From: Eledone cirrhosa
Lineage: Eukaryota
Direction: 5' to 3'
DNA: 64,000 nucleotides
Assembly (NCBI GenBank): GCA_964016885.1
Contig: OZ024762.1
Span: 27,404,001-27,468,000 of the forward strand
Part shown: positions 12,096 to 25,944 of the stretch, piece by piece
Position numbering within the stretch: position 1 is the stretch's first letter
How the letters are laid out: each line of letters starts with the position of its first letter
The notes under the pieces: generated by a model
The model's database searches: none
The model's input: the letters and a program-made list of their open reading frames with translations, nothing else
Told to the model about the DNA's origin: nothing
Made by a program: the position numbers and the translations under genes

Positions 12096-15000
12096 ATGAC
12101 CTCACTCAGAATAGGCAGCATAAATGCGCGTGGCTTGGGGTCGTCATGGAAGCAAGGCCACCTGCTCAACGACCTCAGGTCACTAAACATAGATGTAGTG
12201 GCCATCAGCGAGACCAGAATCTCCGAAGCACGGGCCTTCGCACCGATCTTCGGCGGTTACGATGTGTACGCATCTCCCAGCCGTCCGGGATCGGGGGAGG
12301 AGTTGCAGTGCTTTTTCGGAGAGGTTTCGAACTCGCCATACGGGCCATCTTCCTGGACCCAGAAGGTAAGTTGGTGGTGCTAGACGTGACCAGCGGAGAC
12401 GGGCAAGCTTTCAGGCTAGTGGCCGTCTATGCCCCGACAGGAGCAGGGCGGCCTTATTTCTTCCGGCGTCTGGAGACCTTTCTTGGAACGTCCCACTCTT
12501 TAGTGTCAGTGGGCGACTGGAACGGGATCTTAGATGCACGCTGGGACTGTGTGGGATTAGCGGATAGGGGAGGAGGGTGCAATAGCCTCACCAAACTGCT
12601 CAGGCGTTTTGAACTGTCTGACAGGTACCGATTGGATTTCCCGAATGTGCCAATGTGGACTTGGACAAATCGCATAGGGTCATCCAGATCATATCTAGAT
12701 AGAGTATTTTGTAGAGAAATAGATAGGCCTAGCATAGGCTGTCCACAATTCAAGCTAGTCAGCTACACGGACCACAAATTCGTGATCTGTGTGCTTGACT
12801 TAGATAGGCTTCATAGACGAGGATCCGGCTACTGGAAGCTAAATGTGTCCTTACCAGCGCGCAAGGCCTACAGAGACCGGATTAGCGAACTAGTTAAGTG
12901 GGCGTTGACGGGGGCCATCGTCAACAAAAAGTGGTGGTTTGCTCTGAAAAGAGCAATTAGAATAGAGTCCATTAGGTTTAGTAAGGCTTTAGCAATAGAG
13001 AAAAATAGAGCAGAGGGAGAATTAGTTAGAAAATTAGACGAGGCGCTTAGCAAAGGCATCGCGACCGACGTACTTGCGGCGAAATTGGCCCTTGACCAAT
13101 TCTTCAATGCAAAGCACGAAGGCTGCGTTGTCAGAGCTAGGCTGCGTGCTCTCAGACACGAGGGGACGAAAGCCGTTCAATGGGCCCGAGTGGCGGAGGC
13201 GCGTCGTGGCAACAAAGCCACGATCCTGTCTTTGGTGGACCACGACGGGCGCATGCTACTCGATCCCGGGCAAATGTGTGAAGCTTTTCAGCGACACTTC
13301 GCTCAGCTGTTCGGGGGCAGCGGCGGGCCGGATCGAGGGATGGACTTTAGTGTCTACCTCGACGGACTGCCGGGGCTCTCGGCCACTGAGGCGGAGTGTT
13401 GCGAAAAGCCGATAACAGCCGCTGAAGTACGGGAGGCAATGACTGGCTGCACAAGGGGTAAATCGCCTGGTTTGGATGGTCTGCCCTATGAACTTTACGT
13501 ACAGATGCCAGACTTGTTCGGAGGCCTCTTGGCGGATGTCTACTGCAACTGGCAACAGAACGGGAGAATTCCCAGCTCTGTGAGCCGAGGAGCTGTGGTG
13601 CTGCTGAGAAAGGATCCGAACAAGGGGGATAACATAGATAATTTGAGGCCCATAACTCTGCTAAACACAGAGTTCAAGAGTTTGGCCAAGGTGCTAGCAA
13701 AGAGGTTGGCGCTTGTCGTTGGTGGTCTGGTGCGAGAGGCGCAGACATGCGCCATTCCCGACAGATCCATCCACGACAACCTACACCTCATGCGATACAT
13801 CGTTACTTAGCGGCAGTCCTGAGCGCGGCTGGCTTTGGGCATCGCTGCCATGCACAGCGACATCTGTTCTGTGGTGAGAGTGAACGATCACCTTTCGGAA
13901 CCGTTCAACATCATGCGCTAGGTCCGCCAAGGATGTCCCCTCTCGTCCCTCTTGTACGTATTGACTCTCGAGCCATTACTGCACAATCTGAAGACGTTGA
14001 GAGGGGTTCCGCGCGAACTAGGATGCGGAAGATCCGTGTCAGCATATGCCGACGATGTCACCGTAGTGGTGTTGAACGCCAAACACATCGAGGCGATCGG
14101 CACTATACTAAGAGAATACGAAGCGGTGACAGGAGCAATGATCAACCAGGAAAAGTCAGTGGGCATGCAGCTCGGCACCTGGAGAGGCAGGTCCATGCCG
14201 TCCAACAGCGTCGTCGGGCGCTGGACGGACGGACCAGTTAAATTGCGCGGGGTCTGGTTCGGTCCGGATCTCCAGACGGACAAAAACTGGGACGCGGTGA
14301 CGAGCAGGGTGGCTTCTCTCACCCAGAAATGGGCCGAGAGGAAGCTATCCCTGAAAGGTCGAGCGGAGGTGGCTAACGCGTATATCGCGTCCGTCATCTA
14401 CTACCGCCTGACCGTCGTACCTTGTCCTAAGCCCCGCCTGACTGCGCTGGAGCGTTTGCTCTTTCGCTTTTTGTGGAAGGGACGCGCTCCGATGGTCAGT
14501 CGGTCCATCTGCTGTCAACAGCCGCTACGTGGAGGGCTGGGAATGCCGTGGCTGATGATGCGCAGACACGCGCTCAGGCTACATCTCCACCTCTTCCTCG
14601 ACCACGGTGATCAGGTGTGGTCTCCGTTTGCTAGACGCGTCTTTCCCCAGCTCGTCTCCTTGACGGAGCTGCAGTCCTGCGTCAAGCGAAGACCGAGAGG
14701 GAGCGCTTGCAGACTGGAATGTCTTCAGGCGCTCACAGCCCTTGACCAGTCGGGCAATGTGATCGGTGGAAACTCCACCTTGGCGTTCTATAGAGGTTTA
14801 GTGGAGGGGAAGAGCGACGACGTACTTGGGGAAACTCTAGGCGTCGACGAAAATCAACTAGCCAATCTCTTCGGAAGAACTTTCGGGCCGGGGCGTATGG
14901 ACAACTTCCAGAAATCCCTGGCCTGGCAGTGCTACCGAGGAGCTTTGCCAGTTCGGGATAAACTCTACAGGCATGGAGGTGCCGTCAGCCGGGCATGTCC

Positions 15001-15412
15001 GAGATGCGCGCAGGGCGACGAAACCGTCCTGCACGCACTCGTCCAGTGTCCGAAAATTGCTGACATGTGGGTTTATGTCGAACACCTGCTGTCGCGTGTA
15101 GGACGGATCTGGCTATCATCTCAGTCCATCGTGAGGATTGCCCCGCCCTCTTCCTTTAGCCGGGAAGGGCAGGCAGTTTTTATCTGTCTGGTGGCCATGG
15201 CGAAAGAGATAGTATGGTGGACACGTTTGAAAGGGCTGAAGACGAGCACTTACCTCTTCGGTGATGCCCTGATTAACTTTTTCAAATTTCATTTGAAAAG
15301 GAAAATCAGGGTAGAAAGGGAAGTGCTCTCTTCCCAGCATTTTGTTGAAAGATGGGTGAGAGAGGCAAGAATGGCCCGAGTGAATGGGCCTACTCTGAGT
15401 ATGTGTCTGTAA
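12096..15412 (+). pseudogene. Tx1-type ORF2: AP endonuclease, reverse transcriptase, zf-RVT; frameshifts and an RT deletion near 13805
   Basis: SINARGL, ISET, GDWN, SYLDR, TDH, YWKLN, KSPGLDG, RPITLLN, QGCPLS, YADD, CPRC..H...C; the DQxKAFD block is missing. Confidence 0.92.
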
Positions 15413-15517
15413 ATTAAAAGTGGAAAACTGGGAGAGGGCACTTGCCCTGGTGGTCAGGTTCACTGTGGCTTTTTAATGGGCTTTCTCCACGAATGTCCCT
15501 CGGAAGTCTCCCCTCTA

Positions 15518-15620
15518 GAGGTTAACTTTACCTTTCATCCTTACGGGGTCGATAAAATAAAGTACCAGTAATGTACTGGGTAATTGCTGGCCTTGTGCCT
15601 AAAGTAGAAACAATTATTAT
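15518..15620 (+). mobile_element. SINE 3' half between the Tx1 element and the Dong element
   Basis: gaggttaactttacctttcatccttacggggtcgataaaataaagtacc...caattattat. Confidence 0.8.
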
Positions 15621-18599
15621 TAAAACGAGGTAAATTGTAACACTTCGAATCCCAGGGTTGGGGCGGAATCACTGACAGCAGAACAAATTAAAAAAGGATC
15701 CAAAAAGTGGAGAGAGTGCAAGCTCAGGATTAAACTCAAAATGAAAACAATGAGATCGTAAATGATAAAGAAATTAATGAGAATGAACTTGCCCACTTGA
15801 AGGATGAAATTATGATCGAATGGATGAAAATGAAAGAATCTGACATGGGGGAACGAGACACTCTCCTTAAGATCCAGAACTCCAAACAGAACCAAAAGAC
15901 TAACATAATTCTCAAAAACATTATCATCACAAACAAACTAAACATTACTGATCTAAATCATCTCTATTACGCATCGGCTAAAGTCACCATTCACTTATGT
16001 GGAGTGAAGATGAAAAAACAAAGGAATTCCCATAAGAAATCTACTTGGCAAGAGAACATCAATCGCCAAATAAACCTTCTCCGATTTGACATAGAAATTT
16101 TAACAAACTACAAAGTAGGTGAACATGTTAAAAAAACTAAACTTAGAAAATTGAAAAGAAAATACAGTATAAAATCAACAAGTGACAGACATTCTGATAG
16201 AAATAATCAAGCAAAAAGTGTCGGCCAAAGCTACTCGTGTAAGGCGCTTTGAAAAACGATCTAGATTCTATAAGGACAATAATATCTTCAAAAACAAGCA
16301 AAGAAACTTCTACAGAAAAATTGGTAAGTCAACAATAACTGCGAAATCAATACCACCCAAGGAGGATGTGCAAGAATTCTGGGAAAAGATCTGGGTCGAA
16401 GAAAAAGGTCATAATATAATGCCCCACCGGTAGACAGACAAATGAAAGATACAGCTCACCTTGAGGAACAAACATGGGAAAATAAAACAGTTGAACAGTT
16501 GCGTTTGGCTCTTAGAAAAACCAGCAAATGGAAATCCAGAGCAAATGACAAAATACCAAATTTTTGGATAAATGCCTTCTCAGAGTCTCATAAGCTGTTA
16601 TCCCAACTTTACAATGAAATAGTTAAGGAGCCAGAAAAGATAACATGGCTAGTTAACGGCATTACATTCCTACTTCCGAAGAATGATGAGACAAACAATC
16701 CCAAAAATTACAGACCGATAACTTGCTTGACCACAATGTATAAAATTTTAACATCAGTCCTAATTGAATATACATATGACCACCTGATAACAAATGATCT
16801 ATTTCCCAATGAGCAGAAAGGGTGAAAACGAGGCTCATATGGCTGTAAAGATCAGCTTTTGGTTAACAAAATGATACTGGAAGATTGTCATAATAGACAC
16901 AAATATCTATCAATTGCTTTGATAGATTATAAAAAAGCATTCGATAGTTTGCCACACAGTTGGATTGAAAAATGTTTAGAGATTTTCAAAATATCTCCCG
17001 TTGACAGGAATCATTCAGTATGAAGACATGGAAATCGACACTCCTTTTGAATAGTGAAAGAAAATCACTGGAAGCTGGAGAAGTTAATATTAATTGTGGA
17101 ATTTTTCAGGGTGACTCTTTATCACCGCTTTTATTCTGCATCGCACTTATACCAGTAAGTAAAATGCTCAATGAAACAAAACATGGATATAAAGTCTATG
17201 ACAAAACCATTAATCACTTGTTCTACATTGATGACCTGAAACTATTTGCAAGAAATGATGAAAAATTGCAAGGGCTATTATCCACTGTGAAGCAGTTCAG
17301 TGATGGCATTAAAATGGTCAAGCACAGAGATCCGTAGGCTCGATACAATAATTAGAAAATTCTTAACCATGCACAGAATGCATCACCCTAAGGCAGATAC
17401 AGATATAATATATCTCCCTAGGAAAGAAGGAGGACGTGGGTTAATCCAGTTAGATATTGCGTTGAAAACAGCAACAATTGGATTATCTACATATCTGATC
17501 GGATGATCAAACTCGTTATGAAACACGAAAGCATCAGTAGATCATACTCCATTACAAAAGATGCACAGAGATACAGTAATGGACTACAAATTTCAGAAGT
17601 TCCATTTGCTGCTGAAATGAAAAACACAGAAAAAGCAAAGCAGGTAAAAGTAACTGCAAAGAAAGAACTGCTACAGAAACTGGTTAAGAAATGGCAAGAA
17701 AAGCCTCTGTATGGAAAATACTCAGAAAGAGCTAACAATCCTGATGTTGACAAAACTTTAAACCATCAGTGGTTGGCATCCTCTGGACTGAAATCGGAGA
17801 TTGAAGGACTGATTATATCAGCACAAGATCAGTGTCTGCCAACAAAAAATTACCAAGCCAACATAATAAAAAATGGATGCAACCCATTATGCCTTGTATG
17901 TAACAAACAACCAGAGAACATTGATCATATAATTTCAATGTGCAGTCCTATAGATCCAACCGAATACCTAAACAGGCATGACAGAGCTGCACAATACATA
18001 CATTGGATAATGTGTAAGCATTTTGACCTGCCCCATCAAAAGAATTGGTGGGAGCATCAACCACCTCCCATACTTGAAAAAATCACATCTCAATCTTGTG
18101 GAACTTTAGCATTCAAACAGACCGAAAAATAGATGCAAATAGACCTGATATAATACTGAAGGACTTTAAAAAGAGGATTTGCCTGCTAATTGATATGTCC
18201 GTTCCAATAGACAAGAATGTATCTATAAAAACATTTGAAAAATTGAGTAAGTATAAGGACCTGGAGATAGAAATTAGAAAAATGTGGAAATTGAGAACTA
18301 AAACAATACCAGTGGTTGTAGGCGCTCTAGGAATGATACCGAAGGGGTCTAATGATTACTTATCGCAAATCCCAGGAAATCCACGTATAGGAGAAATACA
18401 AAAGATAGTACTAATGGGAACTGCCCATATACTAAGGAAGATTCTGTCAATATAAGTATATCACAAGTCTAAACACCTAAAGATGCATGTGTGAGTATGT
18501 ATGTTCTTTCTTGAACATGGCGGACCTTGTTGTCTCTTGAGGTCACTGGTTGTGACTTGGTGACAACTCGTATGAACATAAAGCAAGATAAATGCAACT

Positions 18600-18645
<46 letters not shown>
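15621..18645 (+). mobile_element. R4/Dong-like non-LTR retrotransposon family B (RT, CCHC, REL), decayed, ending in (TAA)n
   Basis: KNYRPITCL, DYKKAFD, QGDSLSP, YIDD, CLVC..H...C, NRPD, KLSKY; stops, frameshifts and an internal deletion near 17313; 3' UTR 18456-18600 then (TAA)n. Confidence 0.92.
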
Positions 18646-18648
<3 letters not shown>

Positions 18649-19389
18649 CCGTAACTACAACAACAATGATAATGATATTAGTCTTATATTTGTCTAGAAG
18701 AAAACCAGAAGGAAAAGAAAGAGAAAGATACAATTTCTTGAATCAGCAAACGAAGCTTCCAGTTTATTCTTAGTAAGTGCAGACATTTCCGGTTTATCCG
18801 CGGCTATATACGTTATGACATCATATTCGTTTAAAATGTTCATGTAAATATAAACTCTGGCGTGTAGAATACACACACAAAATGGCGATGTTTCTAAAAC
18901 GTATACGGCCGCAATGGCGTTATTTATAAAACATTATTTTTGGATTTTCTTAAATAGAAGAGTTACAAAAACAAAACATCGCAACCCAGCAAATCAGCCA
19001 TCGTTTGTTCATATAACGTCCGTCGGTTTTGACGATATGTGTTCCAGTTGGGATTTGAACTCAACTGACCCCGGCCAACAGGTGGATTAATGTCAGGTGG
19101 ATTAATGTTTATGTCTATGTGGATTAATGTCTTGAGTATCCTGCCGACACGTTGGAACCATTAACATAGTATCTGAACCCGAATCCGCATAACACAATAT
19201 GTGAGAGTGATGAGAGGGAGAGAGAGAAAGAGAGACGATATAGAAGAGAGTTATATATAGAGAGAGAGAGAGCAACTGAGGATATAAGAGAGACAGAGAG
19301 ATAGTTATATAGAGAGATAGTAAAAATATAAGAGACAGAAAGTGGAGAGAGACAAAGAGAGAGGTGGTAGAGAGAGGGAGAGAGAGAGG

Positions 19390-19451
<62 letters not shown>

Positions 19452-19509
19452 AAAAGAAGGCTGTAAGAATGGTAACGGTAACGATGGAATGATGATTATG
19501 ATGATAATA

Positions 19510-19728
19510 ATAGTTTCTACTTTAGGCACAAGGCCAGCAATTACCCCAGTACATTACTGGTACTTTATTTTATCGACCCCGTAAGGATGAAAGGCAAAGT
19601 TAACCTCGGCGGGATTTGAACTCAAAGAACAGAGAGCCGGAACAAATATCATGAAGCATATATATATATATGAGTCCAGAACTAGCCGTCGAAACGGCTT
19701 GAGCTCTGCCGTCGGGGTCATACTTGTT

Positions 19729-19787
<59 letters not shown>

Positions 19788-20045
19788 ATGTATATATGTA
19801 TATATATATATATGTATAATAATAATAATTGTTTCTACTTTAGGCACAAGGCCAGCAATTACCCAATGCGTTACTGGTACTTTATTTTATCGACCCCGTA
19901 AGGATGAAAGGCAAAGTCAACCTCGGCGGGATTTGAACTCAAAGAACAGAGAGCCGGAACAAATATCATGAAGCATATATATATATATGAGTCCAGAACT
20001 AGCCGTCGAAACGGCTTGAGCTCTGCCGTCGGGGTCATACTTGTT

Positions 20046-20100
<55 letters not shown>

Positions 20101-20292
20101 ATGTATATATGTATATATATATATATGTATAATAATAATAATTGTTTCTACTTTAGGCACAAGGCCAGCAATTACCCAATGCGTTACTGGTACTTTATTT
20201 TATCGACCCCGTAAGGATGAAAGGCAAAGTCAACCTCGGCGGGATTTGAACTCAGATCGTAAAGGGACGTAACTATGCTGGACGTAACTATG
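19510..20292 (-). repeat. Tandem duplication (~315-bp period, ~2.5 copies) of SINE fragment + HHR-half element + (TA)n
   Basis: 19510-19827 is nearly identical to 19828-20139; third SINE part at 20140-20292. Confidence 0.85.
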
Positions 20293-20354
20293 TATAATAA
20301 TAATAATAAAATGTGGAGAGGAGGCACACGAGTTAGGATATATATATATATATA

Positions 20355-23300
20355 TGAAAATAGGGAGAAAGAGACCATTATGAGGATGAAAAATATTTTT
20401 TTTTTCATTTTTTTTTTCTCTCTCTCTCTCTCTCTTCTGGGTTAGAAAATGATTAAAAGGAAATGTTTTAATTTGTGTGAAGTGTTAAGGTATTAGTTAA
20501 TTTATTTATTATTTAACAATGGCATTTATTTATCTATTTATATATTTAATTATTGTCTATTACCGGTTTCTGCATTTATATGCATTATCAAATGATAGTG
20601 AAATGTATTAGTGTGGTGTCACACATGTTAAACAGAAGGTGCAGAAAGAATAATGTTATATACAAACAAGGTTTAAGAAGTGAAAAGAAAAAAGTAAAAG
20701 GGAAAAAAACGTGCATAATGTGGAACGTAAAAAGTCAATGTGGAAGAAAAGTTAATGTTATTTACAAGCACAGTCATTGAAGTTAAGCAGTTCAAAATGT
20801 GTTAATATCGCAAGAGTGCTTAGTTGAACCATGGTTCCGTGAAGTAGGCAAATGGTGGACTGGGGTTTGATATGATTTCCCTTTTTAGAGAGTTAATATG
20901 CAGGGGGAAGCAATTCTTGCTGGGTGATATTTAATTAATTTAAGAAAAAGGATTAGGGATGGCGTTTAGGTAGGGTGTTTAGGTAGGGTGTAAATGTTTG
21001 ATGGTTTGTTGCAGTTTTAGAAAGGTGCGAATTTCAGGGCATTGAGTACTGGTTGAAATTTATTAATGAAATGTGTTTCCTTATTGGTGCGTTGGATGAA
21101 AGTAGCGTTCTCTATGAATTTGTAAATGGGGAAATTTTAAAGTTTGGAAGTTGGTTGAGAGCACAATTGGCGATATGTTCACTAAATACAATCTTTCTGT
21201 ATTCCTGTATTTTAATTTGTGATTTATGGACGGTCATACGTTGACGGAGGCTGTTTTTTGTCTGTCCTATATAGTGCTCTTGACAACCTGAGCAGGTCAA
21301 AACATAGATAAGGTGTTCAGATGCACATGTAAAGTTGTGTTTAACTGTGAAACGTTTTCCTTGTTTAAAATGGAATGTTGAACCTTCTATTAGATTTATG
21401 CATATGCCACAGTTGGGCCTTCCGCATTTTGTTACTGTAGGGTTTATTGTGAGAGTTTGTTGGATTTTGGCTTGTGTGACGATGTTTTATATGGATTTGG
21501 GTTGTCTTTTGCTCTTTATGATGTTGTGTGTTTGGAGGATACTGTTCATTCTTGGGTCTCTTTTTAGTAAAGGAATGTTCTGGAGGATGGTATCGAATGC
21601 CACATTGTTGAGGGGGTTGTGTGTGGAGATTTATGGTAGAGTTTTTTGTTGCGGTTCACTCCTGGGTTTGGGGTGTCTGAGTTCCTGGATGTCTAGTTTT
21701 AGGGCACGTTGGAATCCATTGGTGATTAGGGATGGTGGGTAGTTTCTACTGATAAGTGTGTTTTTTAATTCTTCTAGTCGTGTGTAGCATGTGTATTTAT
21801 CTGAAACTATTGTGCAGATCCTTCTGGCTAGGTTATAAGGAATTGCCATTTTGGTGTGTCTAGAGTGGCACGAGTTGAATGGAAGGTATTGTTTGGAGTC
21901 TGTGGGTTTGTAGTATATGTTTGTTTCTATTTTGTTGCTTGTTTTCTTGATGAGGATGTCGAGGAAAGGGAGTTGTTCATGGCTGTAATCCATTGTGAAT
22001 TGTAAGTTAGTGTTGAGCTCATTCAGAAGGGTTTTGAACTCAAACAGTCTATCTATACTTTCATGCCAGAGGATGAAGCAGTCGTCCAGATATCTCTTCC
22101 AGTTCTTTTCTATGTGTAGGTGGAAGTGGTTACCGTATTAATCTAGAACTTTTCGGTAGAGAATGGTTTCCAAATATCCCATGACAAGGTTGGCGTATGA
22201 GGGGGCCACTTTCGTGCCCATGGCAGTCCCAGATTTCTGTCTGTAGTATTAGGCATTGAATTCGAAGAAATTGTTTTCCAAGATGAATTTGAGTCCCTCC
22301 AACACAAATTCTTTAGTGATGCGCTGTGGAAGTTCACTAGGGAAATTTCCATCCAGAATTGTATTGCCTCTATACCTAGGTCGTGTGGGATATTGGAATA
22401 TAAATTGATGACATCAAAGGTTGCTAGTAGGGTATGTTGGTTATTGAGTGTTGTTGGGAGGTGGTTGAGCATGTCAAGGTCGTCCCTTATGAAGCTTTTT
22501 ATATGTTTATGGAAAGGTTTAAGCAGAATATCTAGGAAGTTGCTTAGGCGATGGGTTTCACATGTGCTGCCTGCTATTATGGGTCTTAATTTAAGGTCAT
22601 CAGGAGGGGCTATATTGATGTAAACGTCTGTGGCTTGCTTGCAGGCCCTGCCTATTACTTGGCTTTTGTGTGTCTTGGGGATACCGTAGAAGAGACTGGT
22701 TCTGCTTTTGAAATTGGTGATGTAGTTGTATTCCTTGTCTGTAAGGCCTTCTTTGTAAAGGGTTGTTAGGGATTTTAGGTTTCTCATTATTTTCTGTTGT
22801 GTGTAGTGTTGGGCCTTTTCATAATATGTTTGGTTTTCTAGAGTTGAGAGTACTAGAGTTGTGTAATAATCTGTCTCCATAAGGACTACTGCACTCCCTT
22901 TATCAGCCTCTTTGATTGTTAGGGTTTTGTCGTTTTTTAGACTGTTGAGACCATTCCATTCTTTTTTTGCTTAGGTTTGGTTTTTGTTTATGTCTGTGTA
23001 GGTGGTGGTATGGGTAATTAGTAATGTGTTCGCAGAATTGATCGAGGAATGTATTCTTGCCTTTTGGTGGGGTGTAGTTGCTTCTATTTCTGGCTATTGA
23101 GTCATCCTCATTGTATGTGTTGCATAGTTGTTCGCTGAGTCTTAGTTTTCTACAGAATTCTGCAATATCTTCCTTCATTTCGGGGTAGTTTGGTTGTTGG
23201 GGAATTAGTGTAAATTTTAGACCTTTGGAGAGTATGTTGATTTGGTCTGCTGATGTTGTTGTAGGGTGTGTAGATTTGAAGGACGTGGTTATAGGGTGTG

Positions 23301-24260
23301 AAGTTGTGGTGGTTGTTGAAGTTGGGTTGTAACGTGTGGTTGTGTTGAGCACTGCTGTTGTTGTAGGGTGTGTAGACATGGTGGTAGTTGTAGTAAGGTT
23401 GTCTTGTATGTTCATATTGAGTCCTGTTGTTGCTGTTATATGGTGTGTAGCTATGGTGGTTGTAGTGGTTAGGGTGTCTGGTGTGGTTGTATTGTCCCCT
23501 GCTGGTGTTGTTGTAGTAGGGTGTGGTAAGTGGGGGAGGGTAGATTAGGGTTTCCTTATAGCTGGTGTGTGGTTGCGAGGCCCTGTGTGACATGTGTGGT
23601 AGTTGTGTATTTTGGGTTCTATGTTGGAAGTAATGATGGTTGTGGGTTTGTTGTGTGAGGATGTTAGGGGTGTTGTAAGTGTGGTAGTTTTATGGTTTCT
23701 CCTGGTAGGAGAGAAGTTGTAGTGTCTATCTTGAAGCTGATGTTTCTCTATTACTATATCTGTTCCTTTGGAGTCCGTGTGATAGTTGTGTGGAGGGTGT
23801 AGGAGGTAGGGGCGAGGTGATGCCTTCTTTTGTTGGTATGTGGGGAGGTATTGTTTTTTTTTGTTGTTGTTGGTCGTTGTGTGTTGTTTGGGTGTTGATT
23901 GAGCTTTCTTGTTATTATGGTTTTAATGAAGGGGTTCTTGGATGTGTGTTCTTTTTGGAAAAGTGTTTCATAGTTAGAGAACCAGGTTTCGTTTATTTCC
24001 CAGCGTTGAAGGGATTTTAATTCTTCCTTATTACAGTCCTCTAACCATAATTTTGAAATATTTTCTAGGGTGGTGTCTTTGGTTATATTGATAATTGTTA
24101 GATTAATCTCATCGTCGATTGATTTGATACTATCTTCATTTGCTTGGGCTCTCAATTTAAGGAGTTCAATTTCAGTTTTTATGTTATCAAGTGCCATTCT
24201 TTCCCTGGGGTGTCTTATATATTTTTCTTCCTCATAATCGTCTCTTTCTCCCTATTTTCA
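20355..24260 (-). mobile_element. Penelope-like element (RT plus GIY-YIG), decayed, with 42-bp inverted ends in (TA)n
   Basis: LSKGLKF, ADKGSAVV, LRPII, FDVINLYSNIP, GTAMG..APSYAN, WKRYLDD, LPFLD, IYVLTC..YIGQT. Confidence 0.9.
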
Positions 24261-24292
24261 TATATATATATATATGTATATATACACATATG

Positions 24293-24329
<37 letters not shown>

Positions 24330-24367
24330 ATATATATACATATATGCCTATACACACATGCACACAC

Positions 24368-24549
<182 letters not shown>

Positions 24550-24597
24550 AACATAACATAATTATTTCATTTACCCGTGGTATCTTGAACGACTGAA

Positions 24598-24633
<36 letters not shown>

Positions 24634-24656
24634 GTATAAAATCAATACAATATAAT

Positions 24657-24730
24657 TACCTCATTACCAGAGGTTTCCCGAATGAGGCGAATACGAAATA
24701 AACGACTTCATTCGTTCGTCAGACGAGGCA
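24657..24730 (-). ncRNA. Type I hammerhead ribozyme in the PLE 3' region
   Basis: Reverse complement: tgcctcgt-CTGACGA-a-cgaatga..tcattcg-g-GAAA-cc(tct)gg-TA-atgaggta; 8-bp stem I with two G-U pairs. Confidence 0.8.
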
Positions 24731-25944
24731 ATATAAAACATGGGCAAATACTTAGAAAAACACATCAAGAAAATCAAAAAAATACATAGATAAATGAAAT
24801 AGAAATTGAAATATATAAAAATCTATCAAGAAAAATAGTTAGGTGTGTGTATGTGTATGTATATACGCTCACAGATGTGCATATATGTATATGTGCACAT
24901 GTAAATGTATAGTTAGAAAGTGTGCGTAATTATAAAAATTTAGGGCAAATGTATCTATATGTCTTTATTATACAGACAGAAATGGTTACATCGTAATATA
25001 AGAATATAAAGTCGCGCGCATAAAAACGCCTGGACACTCGTACACTTAGATGCGGAAAGAAAGGAGGTAAAGAAAGTATAATAATTAAAAGAAAAGTATC
25101 TGTCTTGATATATTTATAAAAATATAGTAACGATAAATCAGAAAGACAAGATAGAAAGAAAAAATTAAAGAAAACAAAAAAGGGGGGGGGGGGGTACATA
25201 CATACACAGACACGCGTGTCTCACAAAAGAAATGTAAAAATGATTATGCTTATATACACACGCGCACTTACACTTCCATACGTTCGATACGTACATACAC
25301 ACACACACACATACTTATACTCGCGCATATAAACCTGTTTGCATGCCCACGTATGAAACTGAGTAAGTAACAAAAGAGGGAAGGAGGGGGGGGAAGAAAA
25401 AAGGAACAAAAACATAAAACCGAAATGTCAAAAACACGGATATAAAGACACTTACACATACGCATAATATATACATACACACACACACACAAACACCTGT
25501 ACACACACACGTACATACACGCACATATACATATATATATATATATATATACATATACATACACGCACGCGCGCGCACATACGTAGTCACATGTAAATAT
25601 ATAAAAAGTATACACACATTAAGGCGTTAAGCCATATTGAAATGTGGATAAATAAATACAAATATAAAATTGTAAGATAGGCTGCGCAAAAATAAAATAA
25701 AAATAAAAATGAAAAATATATCTGGATTGAAAAACACAAAAGACAAATATAATCAGTTAGTGGAGGAAAAAGGGAAGTAAAAGAAGGGGAAGTAAAAAAT
25801 AGAAAATAGGAAGTGGATTGGAGAATAAAGGGGGGGGGGGGGGGTGAAGTAAAAATAAATAAAAGTGAAAATAAATGAAATTATTGACAAGGATAAGAAT
25901 GAAAGTAAGTCAGAAAGGGTAATTAAAAAGAGAATAATAAGAGT

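Larger units (their letters stand above)
9818..15517 (+). mobile_element. Tx1/L1-clade LINE, near full length but defective
   Basis: ORF1 remnants 10033-~12020 with a CX2CX4HX4C knuckle (CVVCGEGTHLRAFC, 11140-11181), followed by ORF2 with APE endonuclease, RT and C-terminal zinc finger. Confidence 0.9.

Noticed and set aside
18680-19200. Unique CpG-containing stretch with AAAATGGCG (YY1-like) motifs, also near 2104 and 58882
   Set aside because: No linked exon or ORF; a short motif alone cannot support a promoter call
20780-20860. Possible HHR in the 3' region of the 20.3-24.3 kb PLE (GGAACCATGGTT palindrome)
   Set aside because: No CTGANGA box or stem I could be found at a suitable position
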